From Octopus sinensis (Eukaryota), in contig NC_043019.1 in the NCBI RefSeq assembly GCF_006345805.1, forward strand, positions 22,815,360 to 22,879,359: 64,000 nt of DNA. Direction: 5' to 3'. The position numbers and the translations under genes are program-made. Of the stretch, positions 63,912-64,000 are shown in pieces. Below the pieces are notes generated by a model. That model was not told where the DNA came from. It worked only from the letters and a program-made list of their open reading frames with translations, and did no database searches. Numbering within the stretch: the stretch's first letter is position 1; each line of letters starts with the position of its first letter.

Positions 63912-64000
63912 GGATCTTTTCGGTTTGAACGGCAGTTTTCAACATAATTTCTAGGTAACTAAAAAATTTTAAACTTCGTGTACTGGTAGAATGTGTTTAT
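63912..64000 (-). mobile_element. Merlin-like MITE (copy 4, reverse orientation, cut by the window edge)
   Basis: TIR followed by the reverse complement of the element's right subterminal sequence (AAACTTCGTGTACTGGTAGAATGTGTTTAT). Confidence 0.8.

Overview
AT-rich, microsatellite-dense eukaryotic DNA made largely of interspersed repeats. The repeat repertoire resembles an Octopus/cephalopod genome as I recall it (inference, not a search result). It includes several tRNA-derived SINE families, TTAA piggyBac-type MITEs, hAT MITEs, a GG-terminal 8-bp-TSD MITE carrying TTAGGG repeats, DD37D (maT) mariner remnants, an R4/Dong-type LINE in (TAA)n, and RTE and Penelope fragments. I see no intact host protein-coding gene. 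Almost all ORF-track entries are microsatellite or SINE artefacts, and the only recognisable protein remnants are transposon-derived. Two possible minus-strand exons and a possible E2F-containing promoter near the right end are low-confidence hints of a host locus. The most notable signals are: (1) several minimal hammerhead-ribozyme motifs in Penelope/retrozyme-like pieces, including a ~304-bp tandem unit and a hairpin centred on a putative stem II; (2) SINE concatemers joined at the same self-complementary junction GAAATA-GG-TATTTC at three loci; (3) two large fold-back inverted repeats (~290-bp and ~620-680-bp arms); (4) a cluster of young telomere-repeat-bearing Merlin-like MITEs; and (5) traces of local templated copying. 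Coordinates were read by eye and may be a few bases off where ends are degenerate.
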